DNA of 64,000 bases from Candidatus Bathyarchaeia archaeon (GCA_038883855.1 JAVZLH010000001.1:1-64000), one strand, 5' to 3'; numbered from the stretch's first letter, positions 20,465-29,523 are shown. Numbers and translations: made by a program. The notes: generated by a model not told the origin, from the letters alone.

Positions 20465-21271
20465 CTAAGGTTGCAGTAGGGATGGGAAAAACCACCGCTT
20501 ATTTCTTTTTCTCTTAACCTTATCCCACTCATGCAGTATTTTTGTGGCTTCGTTTGCAACTTTTATAGCGTTTTCTTCACCAGCACCCTCTTCAAATTGA
20601 TCGTAGCATCGATTAGCGTAAACCGCACAGACGGACCCAGCCCGCAACCCATACAAGCTTGCTAGCGTGAAGAGCGTTGCGGTTTCCATCTCAAAGTTAA
20701 GGACGCCAGCCTTCTGCAGTGTAGAGAGCAAATCTTCTGTTTGATGCGTTTTTGATGGTCGGTTTTGCCCAGCATAGAAGTCGGCTGTTGTAGCTGTTAC
20801 GCCCACGTGATAATTGGTTATGCCTAGTTTTTCAGCAGCTTCAACCAAAGCCAAAAGAACCTCAGTGTGAGCTACCGCAGGATATTCCGGCATGATATAG
20901 CAGTTGCTGGTGTAGTCAAGGCGCACAGCCGCCGAAGATATAACTATGTCACCACAGTTTATGTCCTCTTGTATGGCGCCGGTGCTTCCAACACGAATAA
21001 AAGTGTGCACGCCTACTCGTGCGGCTTCATTGACAACAATAGCCATGCAGGCGGGACCAATGCCGCTTGACAAAGCTGAAATACGAACTCCTTTATACAC
21101 ACCTGTAAAACTGCGGAATTCTCGGCGGCAAGAAACTTCCTTTGCAAAATCCCAGAAGCGCGTAATCTTTACAACCCTGTCAGGATCGCCTGGAACAAGC
21201 AAGTATTCGGCTAAGTCGCCTTTTGCACAGGCAATATGATACTGCTTCTCCGCGGAGTTTATTCTATGCAA
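20465..21271 (-). CDS. udp: Uridine/nucleoside phosphorylase
   Basis: LVPGDPDRV, SGIGP, IRVGSTG, FYAGQNR and NFEME motifs. Confidence 0.88.
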   Translation of the reverse strand: MHRINSAEKQYHIACAKGDLAEYLLVPGDPDRVVKITRFWDFAKEVSCRREFRSFTGVYKGVRISALSSGIGPACMAIVVNEAARVGVHTFIRVGSTGAIQEDINCGDIVISSAAVRLDYTSNCYIMPEYPAVAHTEVLLALVEAAEKLGITNYHVGVTATTADFYAGQNRPSKTHQTEDLLSTLQKAGVLNFEMETATLFTLASLYGLRAGSVCAVYANRCYDQFEEGAGEENAIKVANEATKILHEWDKVKRKRNKRWFFPSLLQP

Positions 21272-21346
21272 AGGTTATCCCGTTGAAATCTAGTGTTTTC
21301 CTACATTTAAAACGAGTGATAAAAGGGGATGCAGGAAAAGTTGGTG

Positions 21347-22330
21347 CTAACCCCTTTTTGGTCTAGCCAGATCCGCTATGTCTACGCTGTGTTCATAAAT
21401 TTGCCTCAGAAAGGAGGCCCCTGCTAGAATTTGCGGCACAACATCGGTTGAATGTGCTCTAACAACTTTTTCTATGTTAGCGAAATCTTTCTCCATTTTT
21501 CCCCGCATTTCCCGCACGCTTTCCGCTGCAGCTATGTCACCACTAAAGAAGGCTTTAATGGCGGTTTCATGCGCTTCAAAACATGCCCTATGAAAATCGA
21601 CAAGTAATTTCCTTATTTCCTCGGGTGGTTTCACGCCCTTCAACGCAATGGTTTTGAACGCTATTCTCACGCATTCATCGCCAATAGCTTCCACTAGGCT
21701 TGCTGCCAAGCGGTAATCCAAACAATCTATGGGGCTTACACCCAATTTCTCGCTTAAGCTGGGGTTTTGAATTATCGTACGCAAAATGCGGACAAGGAGA
21801 AAGTAAAGCCTATTACTTTCATCGTCTCGGGCAATGACACTTTGGGCTAAGTGCCCATCCCCATCAACAAAGGAGTTTACAACATCACGGTGCATGCTGG
21901 CAACAATTGCGTAGTTTCTCCGTAAAATCTTATCAGGGGGAAAACTTGCCGGTTCAAGCAGGCACTGCAGCACAATGCTAGAGTAATCCTCCTCAACGAT
22001 CTCCAAACCGATTAACTGGTTAGCAACCTTCTTAACGGTGTCACGCACTTCAAGGCTTATGCGCTCCTTAGCCTCAACACGGATGATGTCAAAGCCAAGA
22101 AGGTATTTGCCTAAAATCTCACGGCTTAAATATGGACCAGGTTTAATGCTAACAACACGAGGAGTAGGCTCAACGTTATATTGGGGGTCTATGAGAAGTT
22201 TACCATCGCTAGTTTCAAGGATCGCTACAACAGAGCCTTTTTGCAAACCGTGGCGGCCCGCCCATTCTCTAGGCAAGCACACAAAGAATGTTCCTGTTGG
22301 AGTGCGTTGGACTTTACGCAGTTCGTCCAT
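21347..22330 (-). CDS. AbrB-domain / PhoU-repeat phosphate uptake regulator
   Basis: RKVQRTPTGTFFVCLPREW AbrB-like N-terminus; DDESNRLY and EAIGD PhoU motifs. Confidence 0.85.
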   Translation of the reverse strand: MDELRKVQRTPTGTFFVCLPREWAGRHGLQKGSVVAILETSDGKLLIDPQYNVEPTPRVVSIKPGPYLSREILGKYLLGFDIIRVEAKERISLEVRDTVKKVANQLIGLEIVEEDYSSIVLQCLLEPASFPPDKILRRNYAIVASMHRDVVNSFVDGDGHLAQSVIARDDESNRLYFLLVRILRTIIQNPSLSEKLGVSPIDCLDYRLAASLVEAIGDECVRIAFKTIALKGVKPPEEIRKLLVDFHRACFEAHETAIKAFFSGDIAAAESVREMRGKMEKDFANIEKVVRAHSTDVVPQILAGASFLRQIYEHSVDIADLARPKRG

Positions 22331-22410
22331 GTCATCACCACATGAATATTCGAAGTTGGAATATTAACACCTATAAATAAAAATCGTATATATAAATCTA
22401 GACGTGTGTA

Positions 22411-23067
22411 TTGAAATTGAAAAAGAAAGGTATAATTGGTATAGACTTGGCTGGGAAACCAGAAAATCCTACTGGTTGGGCTTTGCTGCTGGGTAACAAT
22501 GCGAAAACAGGAGTTATTTATACGGATGGCGAAATTCTGGAGTTTATAGTCAGAAACAGCCCAGCGTTAGTTGCCATCGACGCCCCTTTTAGCCTACCAA
22601 AGACTGGTCTTTTGAGAAAGGCGGATAAGGAGATGATAAAGATGGGATATAGAGTTTTTCCGCCAAACCTTCCTTCAATGAGAGCCCTTACATTGCGGGC
22701 AATGAAGCTAAACAAGTTAATGGCAAAAAGCGGATACAAAACAATAGAGGTGCATCCAACTTCAACGCGAAAAGCCTTAAACATGCCCGCAAGAGATTTA
22801 GAGGCTATACAAGGAATCTTGAAAAGCATGGGGTTGAAAGGAGATATAGAAGTGCGCCCTTTAACAGCACATGAAATCGACGCGGTCACTGCAGCATTAA
22901 CGGGTTACCTCTACACAAAAAATAAAACGGAGTCCATAGGGGATGTGGAAGAGGGTTACATAACTGTTCCAATAAGGTGCGACTGGAGGGTGTTAAAATT
23001 TGAGTGTGATGGAAAAACTTCAGAAAGCTGTAGAAACGACAATTGCCGCAGGGTACCAGCTAGATAA
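22411..23067 (+). CDS. DUF429-family predicted RNase H-fold nuclease
   Basis: GIDLAG, AIDAP, IEVHP and HEIDAV motifs. Confidence 0.8.
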   Translation: MKLKKKGIIGIDLAGKPENPTGWALLLGNNAKTGVIYTDGEILEFIVRNSPALVAIDAPFSLPKTGLLRKADKEMIKMGYRVFPPNLPSMRALTLRAMKLNKLMAKSGYKTIEVHPTSTRKALNMPARDLEAIQGILKSMGLKGDIEVRPLTAHEIDAVTAALTGYLYTKNKTESIGDVEEGYITVPIRCDWRVLKFECDGKTSESCRNDNCRRVPAR

Positions 23068-24547
23068 AGAAGCCTTTGAGTTCCTCAAAACCGCTGCTGT
23101 AACAGGAGACCCTCTAGAAATCGTGAACAAAGCTCTGGCAAAGATGGAAAATCAAAAGGAAAAAGCGTTTTTCATTGACAGAAACTTTTTGGAATCGTTA
23201 ATGAAGGATTTTGAAAAACCAGAGGGGAACCTGCCCTCCCAAAAAGAAATCCCTCAACAACTTCCCGAACTGCAGATAACTGAGGGGAAAAAAGTTTTCC
23301 ACCCATACGCAAAGGGTGTTGACGCAAAAATCAGCGTAATCGAAGACCCGAGCACCGAAATAGGTTCTGAGGGTGCCATTGAAGACTACTTAAAGTATTT
23401 CTGCGACCGGTTTAAGCGTATGGAAAAGTTGCTGAGGCAGAGAATGGACGCTAAAGCTGCTGCCTCAATTGTGGACGCTCTAAAATCGCCAGCCAACACA
23501 AAGTTAAAAATAGTTTGCATGATTACGGATAAGAGAGAATCAAAACAGCGAATTATATTAACAGTAGAGGATTTACAAGCAAACGCCATCGCACTTGTGC
23601 CGCAAAACGCCTCACAAGAACTTTTGGCGAAAGCGCGGTCGCTTCTGCTTGACCAGGTTGTCTGTTTAGCTGTCACAAAAACGAGAAGCGACCTCCTCAT
23701 AGTGGAAGACATAATTTTGCCAGACATAAGCCAGAGACAACAGCACAAAGCACCGCTGCCAGTTTACGCCGTTTTAACTTCCGACCTTCACGTTGGCAGC
23801 ACAAAATTTCAGAAGAAGATGTTTGACCGTTTTGTGGCTTGGCTTAACGGTAATTATGGAAACGAAAAAATGAGAGAAATGGCAAGCCATGTCAAATACG
23901 TGTTGGTTGCAGGCGACATAGTTGATGGAATAGGCGTTTATCCAAACCAAATAAAGGAGTTGGCGGTGAAAGACATCCACAAGCAGTATATGCTTGCGTC
24001 AAAATACATGGAAGATATACCAGAATATATAGAGGTAGTGGTGATACCTGGAAACCACGATGCTCCGAGGAAAGCCTTGCCTCAACCAGCAATAGCAAGC
24101 GAATTCCTCAAGACACTGCAAGAAACAAGAAAAGTCCACTCCTTTGGAAACCCTTGTATGCTCAGCCTCCACGGTGTAGAAATTTTGCTATACCACGGGC
24201 GAAGCCTAGACGACCTTCTCCACACAATCCCGAAAGTGGACACCCCAGAGCAAGCTATGAAATTGCTACTGCAAAGCCGCCATTTAGCACCAATATATGG
24301 CGGAAAAACCATGGTTTCGCCCGAAAACAAGGACTTCTTAGTGATTGAACGTGTTCCAGACATTTTCCACGCGGGGCACGTGCACATACTTGGTCATACA
24401 AACTATCGCGGAACATTAATTGTGAATTCGGGCTGCTGGCAGGAACAGACTGAATACATGAAGAGAATGGGACTTACCCCAACCCCTGGAAAGGTCCCGG
24501 TGATTAACTTACAAACTTTGGAACTTATGGTGGTATCCTTTGATTAA
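23000..24547 (+). CDS. polD1: DNA polymerase D small (proofreading) subunit DP1
   Basis: OB fold followed by SDLHVGS, GDIVDG, PGNHD, YHG and HAGHVH calcineurin-like motifs. Confidence 0.95.
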   Translation: MSVMEKLQKAVETTIAAGYQLDKEAFEFLKTAAVTGDPLEIVNKALAKMENQKEKAFFIDRNFLESLMKDFEKPEGNLPSQKEIPQQLPELQITEGKKVFHPYAKGVDAKISVIEDPSTEIGSEGAIEDYLKYFCDRFKRMEKLLRQRMDAKAAASIVDALKSPANTKLKIVCMITDKRESKQRIILTVEDLQANAIALVPQNASQELLAKARSLLLDQVVCLAVTKTRSDLLIVEDIILPDISQRQQHKAPLPVYAVLTSDLHVGSTKFQKKMFDRFVAWLNGNYGNEKMREMASHVKYVLVAGDIVDGIGVYPNQIKELAVKDIHKQYMLASKYMEDIPEYIEVVVIPGNHDAPRKALPQPAIASEFLKTLQETRKVHSFGNPCMLSLHGVEILLYHGRSLDDLLHTIPKVDTPEQAMKLLLQSRHLAPIYGGKTMVSPENKDFLVIERVPDIFHAGHVHILGHTNYRGTLIVNSGCWQEQTEYMKRMGLTPTPGKVPVINLQTLELMVVSFD

Positions 24548-25074
24548 GAGAGCCCACGTGCTACTAACCTTGCAACTCGTAATGGTTCTGGAATTCTGCT
24601 CTTTATAGATAAAGCTTGCAAAAGTTTTTCAGTTGTCCTAAAATCAAGAGCTATGGTTTCGACATATATTGGTGTCTCGCCGGTTACAACGACACAGCGT
24701 GCGGTTTCCAGTTTTTCAAAAATTTGCCAGCGTACTTTCCAGTCCTTAAAGTGTTTCTGGAGAGCTTGTTTGACCGCCTTGTTGTTGGGTTTTTTCCGTG
24801 ACACAATGAGTATTGGCTTCTGAAATTTCTCATAAACGGCTGTGGGGTCAATTATGTTAAACCCAGCGAAGGATACTCCAGCAAGCAGAACCGCTACAAA
24901 GTCCCATCCGATCAACATTTCGGTTAGTTTATCTGTCGCGTCTAAACCGTCAACCGTTATTCTTGCAACTTTAATATCCTCAATTTCAACGCCTTTAGAT
25001 AAGACTGCCGCCAAAATGGCTTTTTTAGTTATGCCTTTCTGGAAACTGCCATCTTCAACTCCCACAACGGGCAT
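24544..25074 (-). CDS. DUF99-family (endonuclease V-like) protein
   Basis: VGVEDGSF, VDGLDAT, FAGFNIID and IPEPLRVA motifs; likely ATG at 25074 overlapping the cdc6 stop. Confidence 0.8.
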   Translation of the reverse strand: MPVVGVEDGSFQKGITKKAILAAVLSKGVEIEDIKVARITVDGLDATDKLTEMLIGWDFVAVLLAGVSFAGFNIIDPTAVYEKFQKPILIVSRKKPNNKAVKQALQKHFKDWKVRWQIFEKLETARCVVVTGETPIYVETIALDFRTTEKLLQALSIKSRIPEPLRVARLVARGLS

Positions 25075-26335
25075 TTTTCGAAAGGCATTTTGGCTCATAC
25101 TCAACCAGTCTCTCAAGCCTAACGTCATCCTTGAAAACTTCTCTGATAAGAGTACGTGGTATTTCCAGCCTAATCTTTTTTGTGCGCCCATAGCGCCCCA
25201 TACTTACAACTTTAGCGTTCAGCAGCCCCATCGCGTCAAGCTCGTTCACTAAAGTTCCCAACCGACGCTGAGTTAATGGTACAACGCCCATTTCGCCGCA
25301 GAGTTCCGAATAGATTTCGTAAATTTCCCCGGTAACAGAACTCTTAGCATCTACTTTATTCAAGTGATATACGCTGAAAAGCACTAGTTTGGAATGCAAC
25401 GTTAGATTTTTGAGGGCTTCTACAACTCTGTTTCGTTCAATGTGTTTTTCGGCTTCCCTAACATGGTCTTCAGATACAACATTCGCTCCGTTCCGTTCAG
25501 CAATTTCACCAGCAACCCGCAGTAAATCCAAAGCTCGCCTTGCATCGCCATGTTCCGCAGCCGCTAAAGCTGCACAAATACTTAAGGCACCCTCTGACAG
25601 CGCACCTTCGTGAAATGCTAATTTTGCTCGTTCAAGAAGAATGTTGCGAAGCTCGCTTGCGTCATAGGGTCTGAAAACCATTTCCTCCTCACTAAGCGAG
25701 CTTAAAACACGGGGATCTAGAAATTCTTTGAAGCGGAGGTCGTTTGAGATGCCTATTAGAGAGACTTTGCTATTATGGAGTGTCTCGTTTACTCTTGTTA
25801 ATTCATAGAGAAGCTCATCTCCACGAGTTTTCACAAGTGAATCCACTTCATCCAATGCCACAATTAACATCGTCTTCCCCGCGTCAAGCCTCTTCCTGAA
25901 TCGGTCAAAAACTTCTCCTACAGAAAGACCTGTAAACGGTATATGAAGCCCTATGCTTTGGCATAGACTTGCAAACACACGATACTCGGAGCCGACCATA
26001 CGACAGTTTACATAACAGAATTTAACTGGAGCGTTATACTCTTTTGCAGTTGCCTCTAGATACCCCAGCACATATTTTGTAACGGCTGTCTTCCCTGTAC
26101 CTGTTTTTCCATAAATGAAGATATTAGAGCACCGTGCGGCTTTGAGGACAGGGGCAACTATTTCGCCAAGCAACTTTATCTGTTCCTCTCTATGAGGTAA
26201 TTTTTCTGGAAGGTAATCGTGGCGCAAGACTTCTCTATCCTTGAAAATCTTGGAGTTATTAACAAATCTGCGAAACACGTTGACTAATACATCGTCGTCC
26301 AACTGAAACCCCCTCAATCTCTCCAAAGGTAGCAC
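25055..26335 (-). CDS. cdc6: Orc1/Cdc6 replication initiator
   Basis: LPHREEQ, GKTGTGKT, LDEVD, HGDARRALDLL and C-terminal wHTH with GRYGRT. Confidence 0.96.
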   Translation of the reverse strand: MLPLERLRGFQLDDDVLVNVFRRFVNNSKIFKDREVLRHDYLPEKLPHREEQIKLLGEIVAPVLKAARCSNIFIYGKTGTGKTAVTKYVLGYLEATAKEYNAPVKFCYVNCRMVGSEYRVFASLCQSIGLHIPFTGLSVGEVFDRFRKRLDAGKTMLIVALDEVDSLVKTRGDELLYELTRVNETLHNSKVSLIGISNDLRFKEFLDPRVLSSLSEEEMVFRPYDASELRNILLERAKLAFHEGALSEGALSICAALAAAEHGDARRALDLLRVAGEIAERNGANVVSEDHVREAEKHIERNRVVEALKNLTLHSKLVLFSVYHLNKVDAKSSVTGEIYEIYSELCGEMGVVPLTQRRLGTLVNELDAMGLLNAKVVSMGRYGRTKKIRLEIPRTLIREVFKDDVRLERLVEYEPKCLSKNARCGS

Positions 26336-26437
26336 CTCTTTTTCTTATGGATAAGATAAGCTATGCCGTATAGAAAACTAAATTTTTGACACTACATTCC
26401 TAAAGAGAAAGAAAATTGTTTTGAGGGACAGAGAGCG

Positions 26438-26461
26438 CACCCCCGAATTTCCACTGGAAAC
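26438..26461 (-). promoter_or_regulatory. Origin recognition box ORB1
   Basis: Minus strand GTTTCCAGTGGAAATTCGGGGGTG: ORB core plus G-string. Confidence 0.88.
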
Positions 26462-26614
26462 TCTAAAAGCACCTTTCACAAGATGCTGTTTTCCTTTTAA
26501 AAAGGAAAAATACTCTGAAAGGTAAAGCATTAAAAACCATAATAATAATTATTATTAAAAAAATTAGACAATTATTTAAAACAGCTTGCATATACTTTGC
26601 CAGAAGTTCTAACT

Positions 26615-26637
26615 TTTCCAGAGGAAACTAAGGGGTG
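26615..26637 (+). promoter_or_regulatory. Origin recognition box ORB2
   Basis: TTTCCAGAGGAAACTAAGGGGTG, inverted relative to ORB1. Confidence 0.88.
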
Positions 26638-26857
26638 AGCTTCACATCATGAACTCCAAACTGTTTCCCATTTTCTCTATTCTTTTCATTTTTCTTAAAT
26701 ATTCCCAAAACATACAATTTCAATTATTCCCCTTTAACCGTCACCTTTAAACTTCACAAAAATGTGAAAAGATTGTGAAATAAACTCAAGAATGTTTCTT
26801 TTTCAACCTTTTTATTCCAATAATTTAACTTTTTATGTCTCTTTACTGTAAAAAAGA

Positions 26858-26881
26858 CACCCCTTTATTTCTACTGGAAAC
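26858..26881 (-). promoter_or_regulatory. Origin recognition box ORB3
   Basis: Minus strand GTTTCCAGTAGAAATAAAGGGGTG. Confidence 0.85.
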
Positions 26882-27079
26882 AAATGCTTAACTCTATCCT
26901 ATTCTCTTTTGAATTATGGAAAAATTCTGTGAAGTCCGTAAGCATGAAAAGGTGGAAAAAAAGGGTCTTTTTGTGTTTTCGTAAAAAAATAACCTTTTTA
27001 TCAATTGTTTCTTTCACCGTAATAGCTATAACTAGTTAACTGTAAAATTGTACACTCGGGCAATGGTGTACTCTTAGGG

Positions 27080-27508
27080 ATGCCAGCGAGAAAGATGCGT
27101 GTTGAACTATTCGATAATGAGGGGAATCGATACACGATAGTTTTTGAAGGGCAAGTTACAAGAGATAAAGCCCTACGCTTATTAGACCTTGTAGAGTTAC
27201 TCGGGGGGATACCAGCTAATGAGAGCAATCCAAACACCATTACCGCAAGCAACACTGACGTTCCAAAATGTGAAAAAGTTCACATTTGCGTCCAAAAGAA
27301 CTTTCCAGTTGTCTGGTTCTCTTCAAGGGATGTGCAAGCAGCTTATGAGCAAGAGTTTAAAGAACCTATAAGCTTAAGCACCGTAGCCACATACCTTGCA
27401 AGGATGGCTAACAAAGGATACCTCTTAAAGACTGGAGCCTCCAACAAGTTAAAGTATAGACTCGCTTCCCATATTCCGCAAGTTGTTCCAAAACATAAAA
27501 TTCCTTAA
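27080..27508 (+). CDS. Uncharacterised two-domain protein with C-terminal winged helix
   Basis: Short N-terminal beta-beta-alpha-like segment, polar linker, then WFSSRDVQ...ISLSTVATYLARMANKGYL wHTH pattern. Confidence 0.75.
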   Translation: MPARKMRVELFDNEGNRYTIVFEGQVTRDKALRLLDLVELLGGIPANESNPNTITASNTDVPKCEKVHICVQKNFPVVWFSSRDVQAAYEQEFKEPISLSTVATYLARMANKGYLLKTGASNKLKYRLASHIPQVVPKHKIP

Positions 27509-27523
27509 TTAAACTTACATTAA

Positions 27524-28228
27524 CTATGCATTTTTACTTTCTGTCTTCTTTAAGATATCCTCCATTTCCTTTTTAACACTATACTTAAACGGAATCTTTT
27601 TTATATCCCTCTCTAAATAACCCGCCTCATAAAGCTTCTTCATCAACCTCGCCGTATGCTCCCTACTAAGCTTAATTCTCTCCTTAATCTCAGGAGCAGT
27701 CTTAGGTCCCTCAAGAGCCAACATCCTTAACACTGCCACCTCTGTTTCGGTCAAGGGGGCCAAGGCCTTCTCCTTCTTTATTGGGATTACCGCTTCAGCT
27801 CTGATCTCAGGGGCCTCTGAAAAATGACGCAGCTGTTCTTCTATGGCCGAAACCTTTGCAACTAAAATTTCATGTGACGCAACAGTATCACGCATTCTCT
27901 TATCCACGTCCTCAACTTTCGTTACTGCTTCTGTTTCAACTTTTGCAATTTTATCCTCTAAGATGCGCATTTTTCCTTCAACCTTCTCAGCCTTGCTTAA
28001 CGCCTTTTCACTTTTTGAAGAAAGAGCCTCAACTTTAAACGCTAAAGTTTCAAGCTTTTCGCCTTCGCGTTTAAGTTGCCTGTTAAAGCTTAGAACGACA
28101 TCTTCAACGACCTCTTTCGCTTTGCTATATTCTCTGCAAATTTTGCGAATTTGACGGTAATATTCAATCGCAGCACCGACTGTTGCGGTAAGCAGAACAC
28201 CAAGAAGAATTAACGAAAAATCAAGCAT
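27524..28228 (-). CDS. Membrane-anchored coiled-coil protein with C-terminal winged helix
   Basis: N-terminal TM (FSLILLGVLLTATVGAAI), about 110 aa of heptad-rich K/E helix, then LTETEVAVL...KTAPEIK...SREHTARLMKKL wHTH. Confidence 0.8.
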   Translation of the reverse strand: MLDFSLILLGVLLTATVGAAIEYYRQIRKICREYSKAKEVVEDVVLSFNRQLKREGEKLETLAFKVEALSSKSEKALSKAEKVEGKMRILEDKIAKVETEAVTKVEDVDKRMRDTVASHEILVAKVSAIEEQLRHFSEAPEIRAEAVIPIKKEKALAPLTETEVAVLRMLALEGPKTAPEIKERIKLSREHTARLMKKLYEAGYLERDIKKIPFKYSVKKEMEDILKKTESKNA

Positions 28229-28241
28229 ACTTTCACCCCTA

Positions 28242-28529
28242 CGTGATTCCTATGTGATAACGCTTGACTCAAACATGTTACATCACAAATCACAATTCCA
28301 CGCACTTATGATTTAAAAGTTACGGTTATCAAGGTGTATGACATCACACATCACAAGATAACTGAAGCAATATTTGAATAAACGCTTTTGAATAAAAGCT
28401 CTATTTATTCTGTTTGAGAATATTTTAGAGTTTTTTCTGATTTTTGTTTTCTTAACTGCTTTATTTAGGTGTTGACGCGTGTTTTGCGTTTTGTATTCCA
28501 AAATTTAATGTGACTTGTGACGTCACAAG
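28242..28529. repeat. Array of TGTGA(T/C)/(A/G)TCACA motifs, including three 19-bp tripartite units and a perfect 16-bp palindrome
   Basis: Units at 28276-28294, 28337-28355 and 28509-28527; palindrome CTTGTGACGTCACAAG at 28514-28529. Confidence 0.8.
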
Positions 28530-28990
28530 CTTTCCTCGGATGAATTTGCAAACTTTTTCAGTTGAATTTCAAGCTCTTCCCTGAGAATTTCGATGATTTT
28601 AAGCTGTTCAGTTTTGTTGGGCATGTTTTTGAATGCTTCTACATATTCCCGTAGTTTGTTACCTATTTCAAGATAAGGGTCTAAAGTTGTGGTCTCAAAG
28701 ATTCCCAAGTACCCTAAAAGAAGCACAGTGTAAATAGCTTTTATGACGTTTTGCTTTGCTTGTTTTAAAGTCCTATTGAAGGCTCCGCGGCTTATTTTAG
28801 CATTTGTTAGTCGTAATTTGGCTTTTTCATCGTATTTTAGCGGTTTACCCGCAGCGTTTTCGGATAAAATGTCAATTAGTAATGTTTCTAGCTGCGTTTT
28901 CGTTAAATTGCTATTTTTAGCGAGAATTTTAGCAACAGGGTCATTTAATGAGCTTATTATTAAAGATTGAACGCTTTCTTTAAGCTTCAA
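28523..28990 (-). CDS. Uncharacterised helical protein with HTH-like segment
   Basis: SNLTKTQLETL...KYDEKAKLR...ISRGAFNRTLKQAK pattern; TTG start. Confidence 0.7.
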   Translation of the reverse strand: MKLKESVQSLIISSLNDPVAKILAKNSNLTKTQLETLLIDILSENAAGKPLKYDEKAKLRLTNAKISRGAFNRTLKQAKQNVIKAIYTVLLLGYLGIFETTTLDPYLEIGNKLREYVEAFKNMPNKTEQLKIIEILREELEIQLKKFANSSEESL

Positions 28991-29418
28991 AGTCTACACC
29001 ACACGAGCACTCCCTGTGGATACAATTTTGTATACAGCCTACGCTTTTAAAACCATCGATGACGGATAAAAACTTTAATGCTTTTGAATTACCTTCCAAG
29101 AATGGCTAAAAACAATAAAGCCTTATGAAATATGGCGATTTTTTGTTTTAGACAAATAAAATCGCCGATTAAGCGCGCCCCATTTCTCCATCAAGCACGA
29201 TCTCTTGAAGTTAAGAGATATTCCGCCTTGGGCTACGCAAGCCTATAGCTAAAAGTACGCCATAGTCAGAAAAGTAATATTGTCCAAGAGTTAACGGAAC
29301 AAAACACCTTCTCGACCGCTGTTGATTGAACTGGTAATGCGGGTGCAAGAATCGTTCACTATGAGATGAGCATTTCCTATCCTATCTTATTACCTAAGGA
29401 AAATAATTTAATCCTCTT

Positions 29419-29520
29419 TGTGAATACTGTGATGTCACTTGTCACGGAAAAGTCACGTGTGATGCCTCTCTTTCATGTAGAGTGTTGCCATAAATGTGAT
29501 TTTATTGTGATTTGCGTGAT
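29419..29520. repeat. Second dense array of GTGA/TCAC motifs (9 copies in 102 bp)
   Basis: Hexamers start at 29419, 29428, 29434, 29441, 29452, 29458, 29495, 29506 and 29515. Confidence 0.8.
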
Positions 29521-29523
29521 TTA

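Larger units (their letters stand above)
26336..27079. other. Probable chromosomal replication origin (oriC)
   Basis: 740-bp intergenic region upstream of cdc6 with three ORB elements and an AT-rich tract at ~26520-26580 between two inverted ORBs. Confidence 0.88.

Noticed and set aside
20296-20559. 87-aa minus-strand ORF
   Set aside because: It is a translation across the tRNA-Ser gene
22344-22365. GAATATT direct repeat upstream of the phoU-like gene
   Set aside because: Only two short AT-rich copies; insufficient to call an operator
28313-28501. 62-aa minus-strand ORF between the origin-proximal genes
   Set aside because: Low-complexity AT-rich translation lying over the motif array and probable promoter; likely spurious
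28242-29520. CRISPR array interpretation of the GTGA/TCAC repeats
   Set aside because: Units are 6-19 bp, irregularly spaced and in mixed orientation, with no spacers and no cas genes
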